A stretch of DNA of 64,000 nt from an uncultured Candidatus Saccharibacteria bacterium (GCA_964623775.1 CAZUVH010000004.1:12280-76279); one strand, 5' to 3'. Shown: positions 36,891-46,296, numbered from the stretch's first letter. Notes: a model not told the origin generated them from the sequence alone. Program-made: numbers and translations.

Positions 36891-37487
36891 ATGCAACCAG
36901 TCACCGTCGCTTTCTTCGGCATATCCGGCGCTGGCAAAGGTACTCAGGCCGAACTTCTCGAAAAATTTCTCAAGCAGGAAGATCCGACAAGACCCATCAT
37001 CCACCCCGAAATGGGGGATTTACTCCGCGCCTTCATCAAGGGCGGTTCACCCTTTGCGTCCAAGATCGGCGAGATCGTCATGAGTGGTGGTCTCGTGCCG
37101 TCGTTCATGCCGATCCATTTGCTCGTGAAGACACTTGAAGAGAATTTTAACGGCTCGCAGCACCTCATACTCGATGGTACCTGCCGTCGCCCCGACCAGT
37201 CGCGCGCAGCCAACGACATCGTGCGACTCTGGGGCAGGACCAAGCTCGATGCACTCGTATTTACGCTCTCAAAAGAGACGGCGAAGAAGCGCCTCGCAGG
37301 AAGGGGAAGGCCGGATGATGTGACCGAAGCGGCGGTTGAAAGTCGTTTCAAGTGGTTTGAGGAACAGGTGTTGCCATCAGTGGAGGAGCTCAGGAAGCTC
37401 GGGTGGGCTATTCATATTATTGACGGGGAGCCCGACATCGACACTATTCACAAAAACATACTTTCAGTGCTAGGATTGGCGGGATGA
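36891..37487 (+). CDS. adk: Adenylate kinase (short form)
   Basis: P-loop GISGAGKGTQAELL, 198 aa. Confidence 0.8.
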   Translation: MQPVTVAFFGISGAGKGTQAELLEKFLKQEDPTRPIIHPEMGDLLRAFIKGGSPFASKIGEIVMSGGLVPSFMPIHLLVKTLEENFNGSQHLILDGTCRRPDQSRAANDIVRLWGRTKLDALVFTLSKETAKKRLAGRGRPDDVTEAAVESRFKWFEEQVLPSVEELRKLGWAIHIIDGEPDIDTIHKNILSVLGLAG

Positions 37488-38251
37488 TTGTAAAGAATGA
37501 GGCTGAAATAGAGGCACTTCGCGAGGGCGGCCGACGCCTTGCTCGTCATGTGCGCGAACTCGCTAAGATGGTCAAACCGGGCATTACTTCCAAAGAGCTT
37601 GAAGACGCTGCTCGCGCGATGGTGGAAAAAGACGGCGACACGCCCGCTTTTCTCAACTACAAAGACAAGCGCGATAAACACGGCTACCCATCAGCGCTCT
37701 GTCTCTCCGTCAATGACGTGATTGTGCATTCTCCCGCCGCCGTAAATGACGTGACTATTCAAGAGGGTGATGTCGTCTGTCTCGATTTTGGCATCAAGCA
37801 CAAGGGTCTCTACACCGACCACGCGACGACCGTGATTGCAGGCAAGGCTTTGAATCCGCACGACGAGGAATTGCTCAAGGGCACAAAAGAGGCGCTCGCA
37901 GCCGGTATTAAAGAGGCGCGTGTAGGCAATACGACCGGCGATATCGGGTATGCAGTGGAGAAGATTGCCGAGAAGTATGGATTCGGATTCCCACGCAATC
38001 TCTCTGGTCATGGAGTGGGCAAAGAGGTACACGAAGAGCCGCACGTGCCGAATTATGGCGACAAGGGGAGAGGGACAAAGCTCGTCGAGGGGCTCGTGAT
38101 TGCGATTGAGCCGATGATGACGCTTGGATCGGGCGATCTCTATGTCGATCAGGATGGTCACTCATACCGCACCAAGGATGGTTCACGCACAGCGCATTTC
38201 GAGCACACCGTTTTGATCACCAAAAAGGGCCCTGAAATATTGACCGCATAA
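37484..38251 (+). CDS. map: Methionine aminopeptidase type I
   Basis: Metal ligands in the DFGIKHKGLYTDHATT, GHGVGKEVHEEP and IAIEPM contexts. Confidence 0.9.
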   Translation: MIVKNEAEIEALREGGRRLARHVRELAKMVKPGITSKELEDAARAMVEKDGDTPAFLNYKDKRDKHGYPSALCLSVNDVIVHSPAAVNDVTIQEGDVVCLDFGIKHKGLYTDHATTVIAGKALNPHDEELLKGTKEALAAGIKEARVGNTTGDIGYAVEKIAEKYGFGFPRNLSGHGVGKEVHEEPHVPNYGDKGRGTKLVEGLVIAIEPMMTLGSGDLYVDQDGHSYRTKDGSRTAHFEHTVLITKKGPEILTA

Positions 38252-38269
38252 AAACACCGTTTGTACCTA

Positions 38270-38297
38270 AAAGTATCTATAGGTTAGTATAAGTACA
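38270..38297 (+). repeat. 27-bp direct repeat, left copy (AAGTATCTATAGGTTAGTATAAGTACA)
   Basis: Matches 26/27 with 38874-38900. The two copies flank the PaaX-like gene and contain the GTACTTATAA/TTATAAGTAC palindrome arms. Confidence 0.5.
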
Positions 38298-38298
38298 C

Positions 38299-38865
38299 AT
38301 GGGAAAGTTGGAGGAACACAGTAGAAAACGCACCAAACGGAATCAGTTAAAGAAAATTGTCCTCGAGACGGTAAAGGTCGCGGGAATTTTGAGCATTGCA
38401 CTCCTTGCGCCGAATGTCGTTGGTGCCATGGCGAAACTTGGAATAATTCCATCGTCGCGTCAGGCGGATGTCGTAAATCGTACCTCAAGTCGGCTTGTTG
38501 GATCCGGGCTCTTGCGCTGGGAAGACGGGAAACTGCGCCTCACAAACAAGGGTGAACGAGCGCTCCGCTTGCTTACGCTTGAAGAATTTTCAAAGAAACG
38601 ACCGAGACGATGGGATCACAAATGGCGTGTTCTGATCTTCGATATTCCTGAAAAGCGTAAACCTCTGCGTATCAAACTTCGAGAAACATTGCGGACGATT
38701 GGTTTTGAACGACTACAGGACAGTGTGTGGATCTATCCGTTCGACTGCGAAGAATTGATCACGCTGCTCAAGGCCGACTTTCATGTCGGGGACGATGTTA
38801 TCTACATGATTGTTGACTCTATCGAGAGGGACGAGAAATTCAGACGTCATTTCAATCTCCTATGA
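38299..38865 (+). CDS. PaaX-family-like transcriptional regulator (wHTH + PaaX C-terminal domain)
   Basis: C-terminal WDHKWRVLIFDIPEKRKPLRIKLRETLRTIGFERLQDSVWIYP matches the PaaX C-domain signature (W.G.W.L...S.PE..R..R..LR..L...GF..L...VW). GC is lower than in neighbouring genes. Confidence 0.55.
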   Translation: MGKLEEHSRKRTKRNQLKKIVLETVKVAGILSIALLAPNVVGAMAKLGIIPSSRQADVVNRTSSRLVGSGLLRWEDGKLRLTNKGERALRLLTLEEFSKKRPRRWDHKWRVLIFDIPEKRKPLRIKLRETLRTIGFERLQDSVWIYPFDCEELITLLKADFHVGDDVIYMIVDSIERDEKFRRHFNLL

Positions 38866-38873
38866 TGTACTTA

Positions 38874-38903
38874 TAAGTATCTATAGGTTGTTATAAGTAC
38901 AAA
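38874..38903 (+). repeat. 27-bp direct repeat, right copy (AAGTATCTATAGGTTGTTATAAGTACA)
   Basis: See 38270-38297. Confidence 0.5.
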
Positions 38904-38941
38904 TCTAACAGTTACGAATCGTGGCTGGTACAATACTTTGC

Positions 38942-40207
38942 ATGGATATCCTGATCGTCGGAAGCGGTGGGCGAGAGCACGCGCTTGCGTGGAAGATCGC
39001 GCAATCGCCGCGTGCGGGCAAGATCTATATCGCGCCGGGTAATGGCGGCACTCGTGCACTCGGTGAAAACGTGCCTATCGCGGCGACCGACGTATCGAAT
39101 CTCGTGAAATTCGCGGCGGAAAAAAGCATTGGACTTACGGTCGTGGGACCGGAAGAATCGCTCGCGGCAGGCATCGTCGATATTTTCAAGGCGCATGGCC
39201 TGCGCATATTTGGACCAACGAAAGCCGCCGCGCAGATCGAGACCTCAAAAACATTTGCGAAACAGCTCATGCGTGAGGCGCATATCGCTACCCCTGCATT
39301 CAACGTGGCGCGCACGATCGACGAGGCGACTGCCAATATCCGCAGGATGAAAGCACCGTACGTGATAAAAGCGAGCGGTCTTGCGGCTGGGAAGGGTGTC
39401 TACCTATGCAATTCGATTGAAGAGGCGGACGAGATCGCGCAAAAGATCATGGTCGAGCATGTATTAGGAGAGGCGGGTAGTGAGCTGGTGATAGAGGAAT
39501 TTGTCGATGGACCCGAGATCTCGATACATACATTCACCGATGGGCGCAATTATGTGTCATTTCCTCCCGCACAGGATCATAAGCGCATCGGCGAGAAGGA
39601 TACGGGAAAAAATACGGGAGGGATGGGGGTTATCGTACCTGTGCCCTGGTTCCAGCCGGAGGGACTGATCGGTATCGAGCAGCACATCGTAAAGCCTGTG
39701 CTCGACGCGCTCGCGATGAAGGACACGCCGTTTACGGGACTCCTGTACCCCGGTATCAAGCTGCCAGTTTCCGGCCCGACGGTTCTTGAATTCAATGCGC
39801 GCTTTGGCGATCCGGAGGCGCAGGTGTACATGCGATTACTCAAGAGCGATATTCTCGATCTTCTTGAGGGATGCGTCGATGGAGGCCTTACTGCCGCAGG
39901 TGTGAAATGGAATTGGGGATTCGCGGTGACAGTGGTGCTCGCGTCGGGCGGATACCCCGATGAATACAAGACCGATATCCCAATACAGGGGATTGATCAA
40001 GCGGAGCGGATGAATGATGTCGTCATTTTCCACATGGGCACTCCGTCCGACGGCGACCACCGAACTCGTGGTGGACGCGTCCTCGGGGTCTCTGCACTCG
40101 GCTCGACGCTCGAAGATGCTCTGGCAAAGGCGTATGCCGCGGCAGACGTGATTCACTTTGAGGGAAAATACGTACGTAGGGATATCGGCAGCTCTTCGCT
40201 GCACTAG
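38942..40207 (+). CDS. purD: Phosphoribosylamine--glycine ligase
   Basis: MDILIVGSGGREHALAWK and an ATP-grasp domain. The track ORF starts at an upstream GTG. Confidence 0.88.
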   Translation: MDILIVGSGGREHALAWKIAQSPRAGKIYIAPGNGGTRALGENVPIAATDVSNLVKFAAEKSIGLTVVGPEESLAAGIVDIFKAHGLRIFGPTKAAAQIETSKTFAKQLMREAHIATPAFNVARTIDEATANIRRMKAPYVIKASGLAAGKGVYLCNSIEEADEIAQKIMVEHVLGEAGSELVIEEFVDGPEISIHTFTDGRNYVSFPPAQDHKRIGEKDTGKNTGGMGVIVPVPWFQPEGLIGIEQHIVKPVLDALAMKDTPFTGLLYPGIKLPVSGPTVLEFNARFGDPEAQVYMRLLKSDILDLLEGCVDGGLTAAGVKWNWGFAVTVVLASGGYPDEYKTDIPIQGIDQAERMNDVVIFHMGTPSDGDHRTRGGRVLGVSALGSTLEDALAKAYAAADVIHFEGKYVRRDIGSSSLH

Positions 40208-40210
40208 GAG

Positions 40211-40219
40211 TGATATACT
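40211..40219 (+). promoter_or_regulatory. Extended -10 (TGATATACT) 6 nt upstream of ATG, suggesting a leaderless mRNA
   Basis: GAGTGATATACTTTTTTT-ATG. The identical element is repeated at 40688-40696 before the next gene. Confidence 0.35.
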
Positions 40220-40225
40220 TTTTTT

Positions 40226-40690
40226 ATGCCGCCTACGCCCGACGCTCCGCAGGGAAACCTTCAGGCACATGAAACGACCGCGTATCTGAAGAGCCCTATA
40301 ATTTTTTTCGCGGCCGGAGTGGCTATCGGGATCATTTCGACATTGATCTACATTTCTATCAATCCCGCACCGTCAAATATTGTTGCGACCACAGCTGAGC
40401 CTCGTTCAGATGAAGAATGCTCCGCCGCGTACATGTATAAAGTTGACTATGTTACCGTAATGCTCGCTGCAGATGGCTATGAAGTAATTGCACGCGGTCT
40501 TTTTTATAGTCCGAAGTTCAATATGTGCGCGGGCGCTATTCTCATGAAGAAAAACGAACAGACGAGTGACTGGGTATTTAATGTTGCAACAAACGAGACC
40601 TTAAGCGTCGAAGACCGTGACGCTATCATGCGCGAATTTAATTCCCGCGGGATGGAAGCGAGTTCGACAGAAGCAGTGGTGACAGAGTGA
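40226..40690 (+). CDS. Membrane-anchored hypothetical protein
   Basis: 154 aa with one TM helix. Begins MPP like the following gene. Confidence 0.45.
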   Translation: MPPTPDAPQGNLQAHETTAYLKSPIIFFAAGVAIGIISTLIYISINPAPSNIVATTAEPRSDEECSAAYMYKVDYVTVMLAADGYEVIARGLFYSPKFNMCAGAILMKKNEQTSDWVFNVATNETLSVEDRDAIMREFNSRGMEASSTEAVVTE

Positions 40691-40696
40691 TATACT
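40688..40696 (+). promoter_or_regulatory. Extended -10 (TGATATACT) 6 nt upstream of ATG (second copy)
   Basis: GAGTGATATACTTTTTAT-ATG at 40703. Confidence 0.35.
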
Positions 40697-40702
40697 TTTT
40701 AT

Positions 40703-43519
40703 ATGCCACCGCAGATGGAGCGGCCGCGCGCCGCTACTCCAGAGAAGTTCAAATCTCCCGAAGAGGAGCTGCAGTATCTGCGAGAGCGGGTGAGGGAAAA
40801 GGAACAGGAGCTCGAAGCTGCCCCCAGTCGTTTTGAGCGTGACCGCATCACCAAGCGCGAGGTTGCCGAGTACGCCGACGTCCCGGCGGCCACGATTTTG
40901 CACGAGACGGTTCGCATGGCTGAGCATGACATCGTGCATAACGTCCTGAAGCTCGAGCCTGAGACGCATGATGTCCAGATCGATGAATTACTCCGACTCG
41001 TTTCAACTCATGGTATTCGCAACGCGCTCTCGATCGTCGCGCGGCTGAAAAACCCGCATTTGGAGGATGATCTCCATCGCGCGCTTGTGCAGTACGTGCA
41101 CGAAGGCCTGCCTGATCACGGTATTCCTGCGCCCGAGCGCGTGCGTCATGCGCTCGACCTCGTGCTTTTTGAGATTCACCCGCAGGCGCACGGCGAAGGA
41201 GATGCAAAAGAGATGCAGCAACACAAGCTCGAGCAACTCCTCTCATCATCGGAACAGCTCTATGCTGGCCTCGTATCGCTCATTGCGCACGGAGAGGGAT
41301 TTTCCCTCGAGATCGCGGTGGGCCAAGGGACCGAAGAGGCTTCGCTGTATCTCGCGGTACCGCACCAGAAAAAGGTGCTTGCCGAGCGCTTGATTGGCGC
41401 GGTCTTTCCCAATGCACGCATCACTGAGAATCGGGGCGATTACAATATTTTCAACTACGAGGGCGAACATGCGGCTGCGTATGCGACGTTTGCCGATCAC
41501 CCGGCACTGCCGCTTAAGACCCCCGACATGTTCGACCACGATCCGATGAACATGCTTCTCGCATCATTTGCAAAGATCGCGAAGCACGGCGAGGGCGCGG
41601 CGCTTCAGATCACCGTCTCTACAGAAGGAGACCGCTACAATCATCACTACAAAAAAATGATGCGTGAGCTTGAAAAGGGGAAGCCGTTCCTTGAGGCTAT
41701 CAAGATACCGGAGAGTGAGCTTGGCGAGTCGCTCCGCACAGTGGCAAAGCAACTCTTCTCTTCGAAGGAAAAACTGGAGGAAGAGAAAAATATGCAGATG
41801 CGTCGCTCGGCAGATCAGGTGGCAACGGAAGAATTGGGTCGCAAGGTAAAGACTCGTATCGTACCCGTCTCTATCCGCGTCGTCGCATCTGCGCCCACGC
41901 ACGCACGGGCAGAGGCGCTTGTGAGCAACATCGAGTCCGCATTTAGCCAATTCGACAATTCGCGCGGCAATCGCATCGAATTTACCAAAGTTTCGAGCTG
42001 GAGCATTCGTGATTTCATGCGTGATTTTATGTACCGTACCTTCGACTCTTCGATCGCGATGCCGCTCTCGCTTGCGGAGCTTACCTCGATCTTTCACTTC
42101 ACCGCAGAGCGTGTCACGACATCGCGCGAATTGAAGCGCTCATTTGGTAAGCAGGCCCCTGCACCAGTTGAGACGCCTCAAGAAGGCATCACTATGGGCA
42201 TCAATCGATATGGCGCGGACGAGACCAAGGTACATATCGGCCAGAGTGATCGTCTGCGCCACTGCTATGTCATCGGTCAGACGGGCACCGGAAAGACGGG
42301 CTTCCTCAAAAACCTCATCAAGCAGGACATGGAAAACGGCGAAGGCGTCGCTTTTATCGATCCGCACGGCAACGACATCGAGGACATTCTCGCGATGGTG
42401 CCGCCACATCGGGTGAAGGACGTAATCTATTTTGACCCCGCGCACACGGATCGGCCAATGGGTCTCAATATGCTCGAATATGATCGCTCAAAGCCAGAGA
42501 TGAAGACCTTTGTCGTCGATGAGGTCTACGGTATTTTCCGCAAACTTTATGCTGATGTGCCGGAGGCGTTTGGTCCGATGTTTGAGCAGTACTACCGCAA
42601 CGCTGTGCAGCTCGTCGTCGAAGATCCCGACAGCGGCTCTACATTTGTGGAAATCCCGCGCGTCTTTGCCGATCCGCAGTTCCGTAATCTCAAGCTCTCG
42701 CGCTGCAAGAATCCGATCATCGTGCAATTTTGGCGCAAAATCGCTGAGCAGGCACAGGGCGACCCCTCACTCGAGAATGTCGCGCCATACATCACGAGTA
42801 AATTCGACGTATTCCTGACCAACGACATCATGCGCCCGATCGTCTCGCAGGAGAAATCCGCGTTCAATTTCCGCGAGATCATGGACGGCAGGAAGATTTT
42901 TCTCGCCAATCTTTCAAAAGGTCGCCTCGGCGATCGCAACACCTCACTCCTCGGTCTCATTCTCGTATCGAAATTTCTACAAGCTGCATTTTCCCGCGTT
43001 GACACACGGGGAGGGGATTTACCTGTCTTCTATATGTACATCGACGAATTTCAGAACTTCGCGACGCCATCGATCTCGACGATCCTCTCTGAGGCTCGAA
43101 AATACAAGCTCTCGCTCACAATCGCGCACCAATTCATCGCGCAGCTCGAGGAGCCGATCCGCGATGCCGTGATCGGCAACGTCGGCACAAAGGCGGCATT
43201 TCGTATTGGTACGACCGATGCCGAATTCCTGGAAAAGCAGTTTGCGCCGATATTCAGTGCACAGGATCTTGAGAATTTGCCCAATCGTCAGGCCGTCTTG
43301 TCACTCTTGGTCAATGGCGTGCCCGCAAGGCCGTTTACTGTCCAGACCGAAGATTTGCCTCATATGGATTACGCGAAAGTCGATCCGATCAAGCAGCTCT
43401 CGTATCAGACCTACGGCCGCCCACGCGAGGAGGTCGAAAACGAAGTCCGCGTTAAATTCGACGCGAGCTACGGCAAGAAACCTGCCGCAGAAATCCCGCC
43501 GACACCTCTGTATCAGTAG
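40703..43519 (+). CDS. Large P-loop ATPase with type IV coupling protein (VirD4/TraG/TrwB)-like C-terminal domain and ~500-aa N-terminal region of unknown function
   Basis: 938 aa. Walker A CYVIGQTGTGKTGFLKNL is followed by AFIDPHGN (compare the T4CP DPKGE motif). Walker B is VFYMYIDEFQNF. LTIAHQFIAQL resembles the T4CP Q-rich C-motif. Confidence 0.5.
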   Translation: MPPQMERPRAATPEKFKSPEEELQYLRERVREKEQELEAAPSRFERDRITKREVAEYADVPAATILHETVRMAEHDIVHNVLKLEPETHDVQIDELLRLVSTHGIRNALSIVARLKNPHLEDDLHRALVQYVHEGLPDHGIPAPERVRHALDLVLFEIHPQAHGEGDAKEMQQHKLEQLLSSSEQLYAGLVSLIAHGEGFSLEIAVGQGTEEASLYLAVPHQKKVLAERLIGAVFPNARITENRGDYNIFNYEGEHAAAYATFADHPALPLKTPDMFDHDPMNMLLASFAKIAKHGEGAALQITVSTEGDRYNHHYKKMMRELEKGKPFLEAIKIPESELGESLRTVAKQLFSSKEKLEEEKNMQMRRSADQVATEELGRKVKTRIVPVSIRVVASAPTHARAEALVSNIESAFSQFDNSRGNRIEFTKVSSWSIRDFMRDFMYRTFDSSIAMPLSLAELTSIFHFTAERVTTSRELKRSFGKQAPAPVETPQEGITMGINRYGADETKVHIGQSDRLRHCYVIGQTGTGKTGFLKNLIKQDMENGEGVAFIDPHGNDIEDILAMVPPHRVKDVIYFDPAHTDRPMGLNMLEYDRSKPEMKTFVVDEVYGIFRKLYADVPEAFGPMFEQYYRNAVQLVVEDPDSGSTFVEIPRVFADPQFRNLKLSRCKNPIIVQFWRKIAEQAQGDPSLENVAPYITSKFDVFLTNDIMRPIVSQEKSAFNFREIMDGRKIFLANLSKGRLGDRNTSLLGLILVSKFLQAAFSRVDTRGGDLPVFYMYIDEFQNFATPSISTILSEARKYKLSLTIAHQFIAQLEEPIRDAVIGNVGTKAAFRIGTTDAEFLEKQFAPIFSAQDLENLPNRQAVLSLLVNGVPARPFTVQTEDLPHMDYAKVDPIKQLSYQTYGRPREEVENEVRVKFDASYGKKPAAEIPPTPLYQ

Positions 43520-43565
43520 GCGAAAGTCGCGCCTTGAGGTGGTAAATGCAAAAAAATACTGTAAT

Positions 43566-44108
43566 ATGGCGCGCATGGCACACAAAAAAACAGCTCTAAA
43601 AGAAGAGCAAACACTTATCGTTTTTAAACCAGACGCTGTACAGCGCGGCATCGTGGGGGAGATCCTCATGCGCTTTGAGCGCGTCGGTCTCAAGATTGTC
43701 GGCGCGAAGATGGTGCAGCCTTCCGAAGAGCACTTCTTCAAGCACTACGAAGATATCGGCAAGATGATATCGCGCCGCGGCAAGAAAACGTTTGAAATAA
43801 CACTCGAGCTTATGCAGTCTGGTCCGGTAATCGCCTTTGTGCTCGAGGGCATCGAAGCTGTGGGCCTCGTGCGCAAGATGGTCGGCACGACGGAGCCAAA
43901 GTCCGCTGCGCCAGGCACGATCCGTGGCGATTATTCTCACATGAGCTTCGGGCACGCCGATAAGCATGGTGTCGGAGTACCAAATCTGATCCACGCGTCC
44001 GGTGATCCTGCCGAAGCCAAAGAAGAAATCGCGCACTGGTTTACCGAAGAGGAGCTTTTCCCGTACGAGACAGTTCACGAAAAGTACACCCAGACGAAAA
44101 AGAATTAA
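43566..44108 (+). CDS. ndk: Nucleoside diphosphate kinase
   Basis: Track ORF 43206..44108 is N-extended; ATG at 43566. Contains TLIVFKPDAVQRG and the active-site NLIHASGD. Confidence 0.88.
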   Translation: MARMAHKKTALKEEQTLIVFKPDAVQRGIVGEILMRFERVGLKIVGAKMVQPSEEHFFKHYEDIGKMISRRGKKTFEITLELMQSGPVIAFVLEGIEAVGLVRKMVGTTEPKSAAPGTIRGDYSHMSFGHADKHGVGVPNLIHASGDPAEAKEEIAHWFTEEELFPYETVHEKYTQTKKN

Positions 44109-44387
44109 AAGGTCACGATGAATTTTCCGCTTGCGGGAAATTCCCGCAGGAGGATAATTAGAGCAGCGGCAGGTACGAAACCTGCTGGTGTGAATACGGG
44201 AGATCGAATCGCAGTTTCGCAATGAGAACTCGCAAGAGATTTCAGCGCGATTCGTAGCTGAGATCACCCACCTGGCATCAAACCAGGCCACCGTACCTCC
44301 GCTACTCAAGAGTCCCTCCGATACAGAGGGATTTTTGATTTCTACCTGAGAAGTGAGAGAATAGCCAAGGTTTAGGAGACTCGAAGA

Positions 44388-44873
44388 ATGTCCGCAAAGT
44401 ACTTCCGACACAGTGTTAAAATGTTTGAAATGCGAAGCTACTTTCTCCTTGCGTGCCAACTCGCCGCTCTGGGCATCCTAGTCGTGTGGAACAATGTTCT
44501 CGGCCTCGATCTTGAATTCTATGACCGTGTTTGGGGCTGGGATATCGTTTCGCATATTCTCGGCGGATTGTGGGTCGGTTTGTTCGTCGCCTGGGCGGCC
44601 TCGCACCCCTCGAGGCGCATTGCGCGCGCGCTCGGCAAAAGGGGAGGTGCACTGTTTCTCGCGGCGCACTCTTGTTTCCGGGCACGCACGATCTTCTGGT
44701 GTGTCATGAGCGCGATCGCTTTCGGTGTGATCTGGGAAATATACGAATGGTGGGCGGGTCTCCAGTACACGATGTATCCATGGCCGATAGAAGTGGAAGT
44801 AGTCAAAGATCTCGTCGACGACGCCATTGGCGGATATATTGCAGGATACTTTATAAATCGATCTCGCCGGTGA
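44388..44873 (+). CDS. Small polytopic membrane protein (VanZ-like?)
   Basis: 161 aa with 4 hydrophobic helices. Confidence 0.4.
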   Translation: MSAKYFRHSVKMFEMRSYFLLACQLAALGILVVWNNVLGLDLEFYDRVWGWDIVSHILGGLWVGLFVAWAASHPSRRIARALGKRGGALFLAAHSCFRARTIFWCVMSAIAFGVIWEIYEWWAGLQYTMYPWPIEVEVVKDLVDDAIGGYIAGYFINRSRR

Positions 44874-44875
44874 TT

Positions 44876-44903
44876 CACCACCGCACTAGCTTCTAGTGCG
44901 GTG
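44876..44903 (+). terminator. Perfect 12-bp stem hairpin (CCACCGCACTAG-cttc-CTAGTGCGGTGG) between convergent/tandem genes
   Basis: Stem-loop immediately after the stop of 44388..44873. It is followed by a TATAAT at 44905-44910 that likely drives the next gene. Confidence 0.35.
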
Positions 44904-44919
44904 GTATAATTTATATACG

Positions 44920-45597
44920 ATGAAGAAGTTTGCCAATCCGAAACACACGCAGGTGCCCAAGAATTTCTGCCGTCTGCCCAATGGTTACGGCGTCGTACGC
45001 ATCGCCGTATCTGGCTCCGCCGATACGTCACTCAATGGACTCGATGCATATGAGAAAGCCAAAGAGGTGGGGAGGGAGATTGCCTTGCAGGGCGGGATCA
45101 TCGTCACGGGCGCGACGACCGGCTTTCCCATGTACGCAGCCATGGGTGCTAAAGACGAATGCGGCTTCTCAATCGGACTCTCGCCTGCGGGCAATGAAGT
45201 CGAGCATATTGAGCTGTATCAATTGCCGATCGACTACATGGACGTGGTCATCTATTCCGGATTTGGATATGCGGGCCGCGACCTCCTCATGATCCGCGCA
45301 GCTGATGCGGTGATCATCGGGCCCGGCAGGATCGGCACTCTCAATGAATTTGCTGTCGCATTTGAGGATCGTCGTCCAATCGGAATCCTGGAGGGAAGCT
45401 GGGGGACGGATGAGCTCCTGAGAGAAGTGATCCGTCAGGCGAATCGCCCGAATGACAAGATCATTTTCGACTCTGATCCCAAGAAGCTGGTAACGCGACT
45501 CATCGAAATGGTAATGAATGATAAGACGAAGCCCCCGCTCGTGTACAACAACAGCGACAGCCGCACCCCAGGGAAGGAGATGGAGGTGATTTTGTAA
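44920..45597 (+). CDS. LOG-family / TIGR00725 Rossmann-fold nucleotide-binding protein
   Basis: GIIVTGATTGFPMYAAMGA and IIGPGRIGTLNEF motifs. ATG at 44920 is 9 nt after the TATAAT. Confidence 0.6.
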   Translation: MKKFANPKHTQVPKNFCRLPNGYGVVRIAVSGSADTSLNGLDAYEKAKEVGREIALQGGIIVTGATTGFPMYAAMGAKDECGFSIGLSPAGNEVEHIELYQLPIDYMDVVIYSGFGYAGRDLLMIRAADAVIIGPGRIGTLNEFAVAFEDRRPIGILEGSWGTDELLREVIRQANRPNDKIIFDSDPKKLVTRLIEMVMNDKTKPPLVYNNSDSRTPGKEMEVIL

Positions 45598-45661
45598 CAC
45601 TCGTTGATTTCCGAACCCTGCGGTATACACTGCGGGTAGCTAAAGCCACGGGAGTTTTCGG

Positions 45662-46159
45662 ATGAAAAAGAATGAAGTACCTCATTTCATTGAGAAGATT
45701 GCAAAACGAGCGCCGAATTTTGCTGACCTCACTGAGCTTGCGCTCGCAGACGTGCAGCCATTGAACGGCAAAGCCGAAATGGTGTGCGGCCCAATTACGA
45801 CAGGCGGGTATGGTAATTGCGTGGTCAATTTGCTCGTCTTCAATCACGCGATTGAGGTCTTGCAGCTCGCAGGGCGACCGATGTTTAGCCAGATGCCCTA
45901 CGAAGCGGGACTTGCAGATCTCGAGCATGATTGGCGGCTGCGGCATCCTGGACAGGAATACTGCCACCCAATCCTCGACGAATTCTATGCACGGTTCTTA
46001 TTACCTGAATATTTCAAGCGACTGTGGTTTTTGCCGAATTGGCAGACCTCAACCGGCGCGAAGTGGGAACACGAGCACGCGGTCCGTTATGGCATCGAAC
46101 GGAGATACATTTTGGACGATTGGCTTCTCAATTTCCAGTTGCCGACCGATCTCGATTGA
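45662..46159 (+). CDS. Hypothetical protein (DUF4406/nucleoside 2-deoxyribosyltransferase-like?)
   Basis: MVCGPITTGGYGNCVVNLLVFNHAIEVL resembles the DUF4406 N-terminus. Weak. Confidence 0.35.
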   Translation: MKKNEVPHFIEKIAKRAPNFADLTELALADVQPLNGKAEMVCGPITTGGYGNCVVNLLVFNHAIEVLQLAGRPMFSQMPYEAGLADLEHDWRLRHPGQEYCHPILDEFYARFLLPEYFKRLWFLPNWQTSTGAKWEHEHAVRYGIERRYILDDWLLNFQLPTDLD

Positions 46160-46163
46160 ACTT

Positions 46164-46188
46164 AAAAAGGACCCGCGTGGGTCCTTTT
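46164..46188 (+). terminator. Rho-independent terminator
   Basis: AAAAAGGACCCGCGTGGGTCCTTTT. Confidence 0.6.
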
Positions 46189-46296
46189 CTCTGGCGTAAG
46201 AGTATACTGATAGTGGCCCGGTGGCAGAAGTAACATGCGCGGGTGGGTGAAACCCCCGATATGTCGGTGAACAATCCGACCCTGGCCTTCAAAACC

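Noticed and set aside
43206-43565. N-terminal 120 codons of ORF 43206..44108
   Set aside because: They overlap the 3' end of the T4CP-like gene in another frame. ndk homology begins at MARMAHKK (43566).
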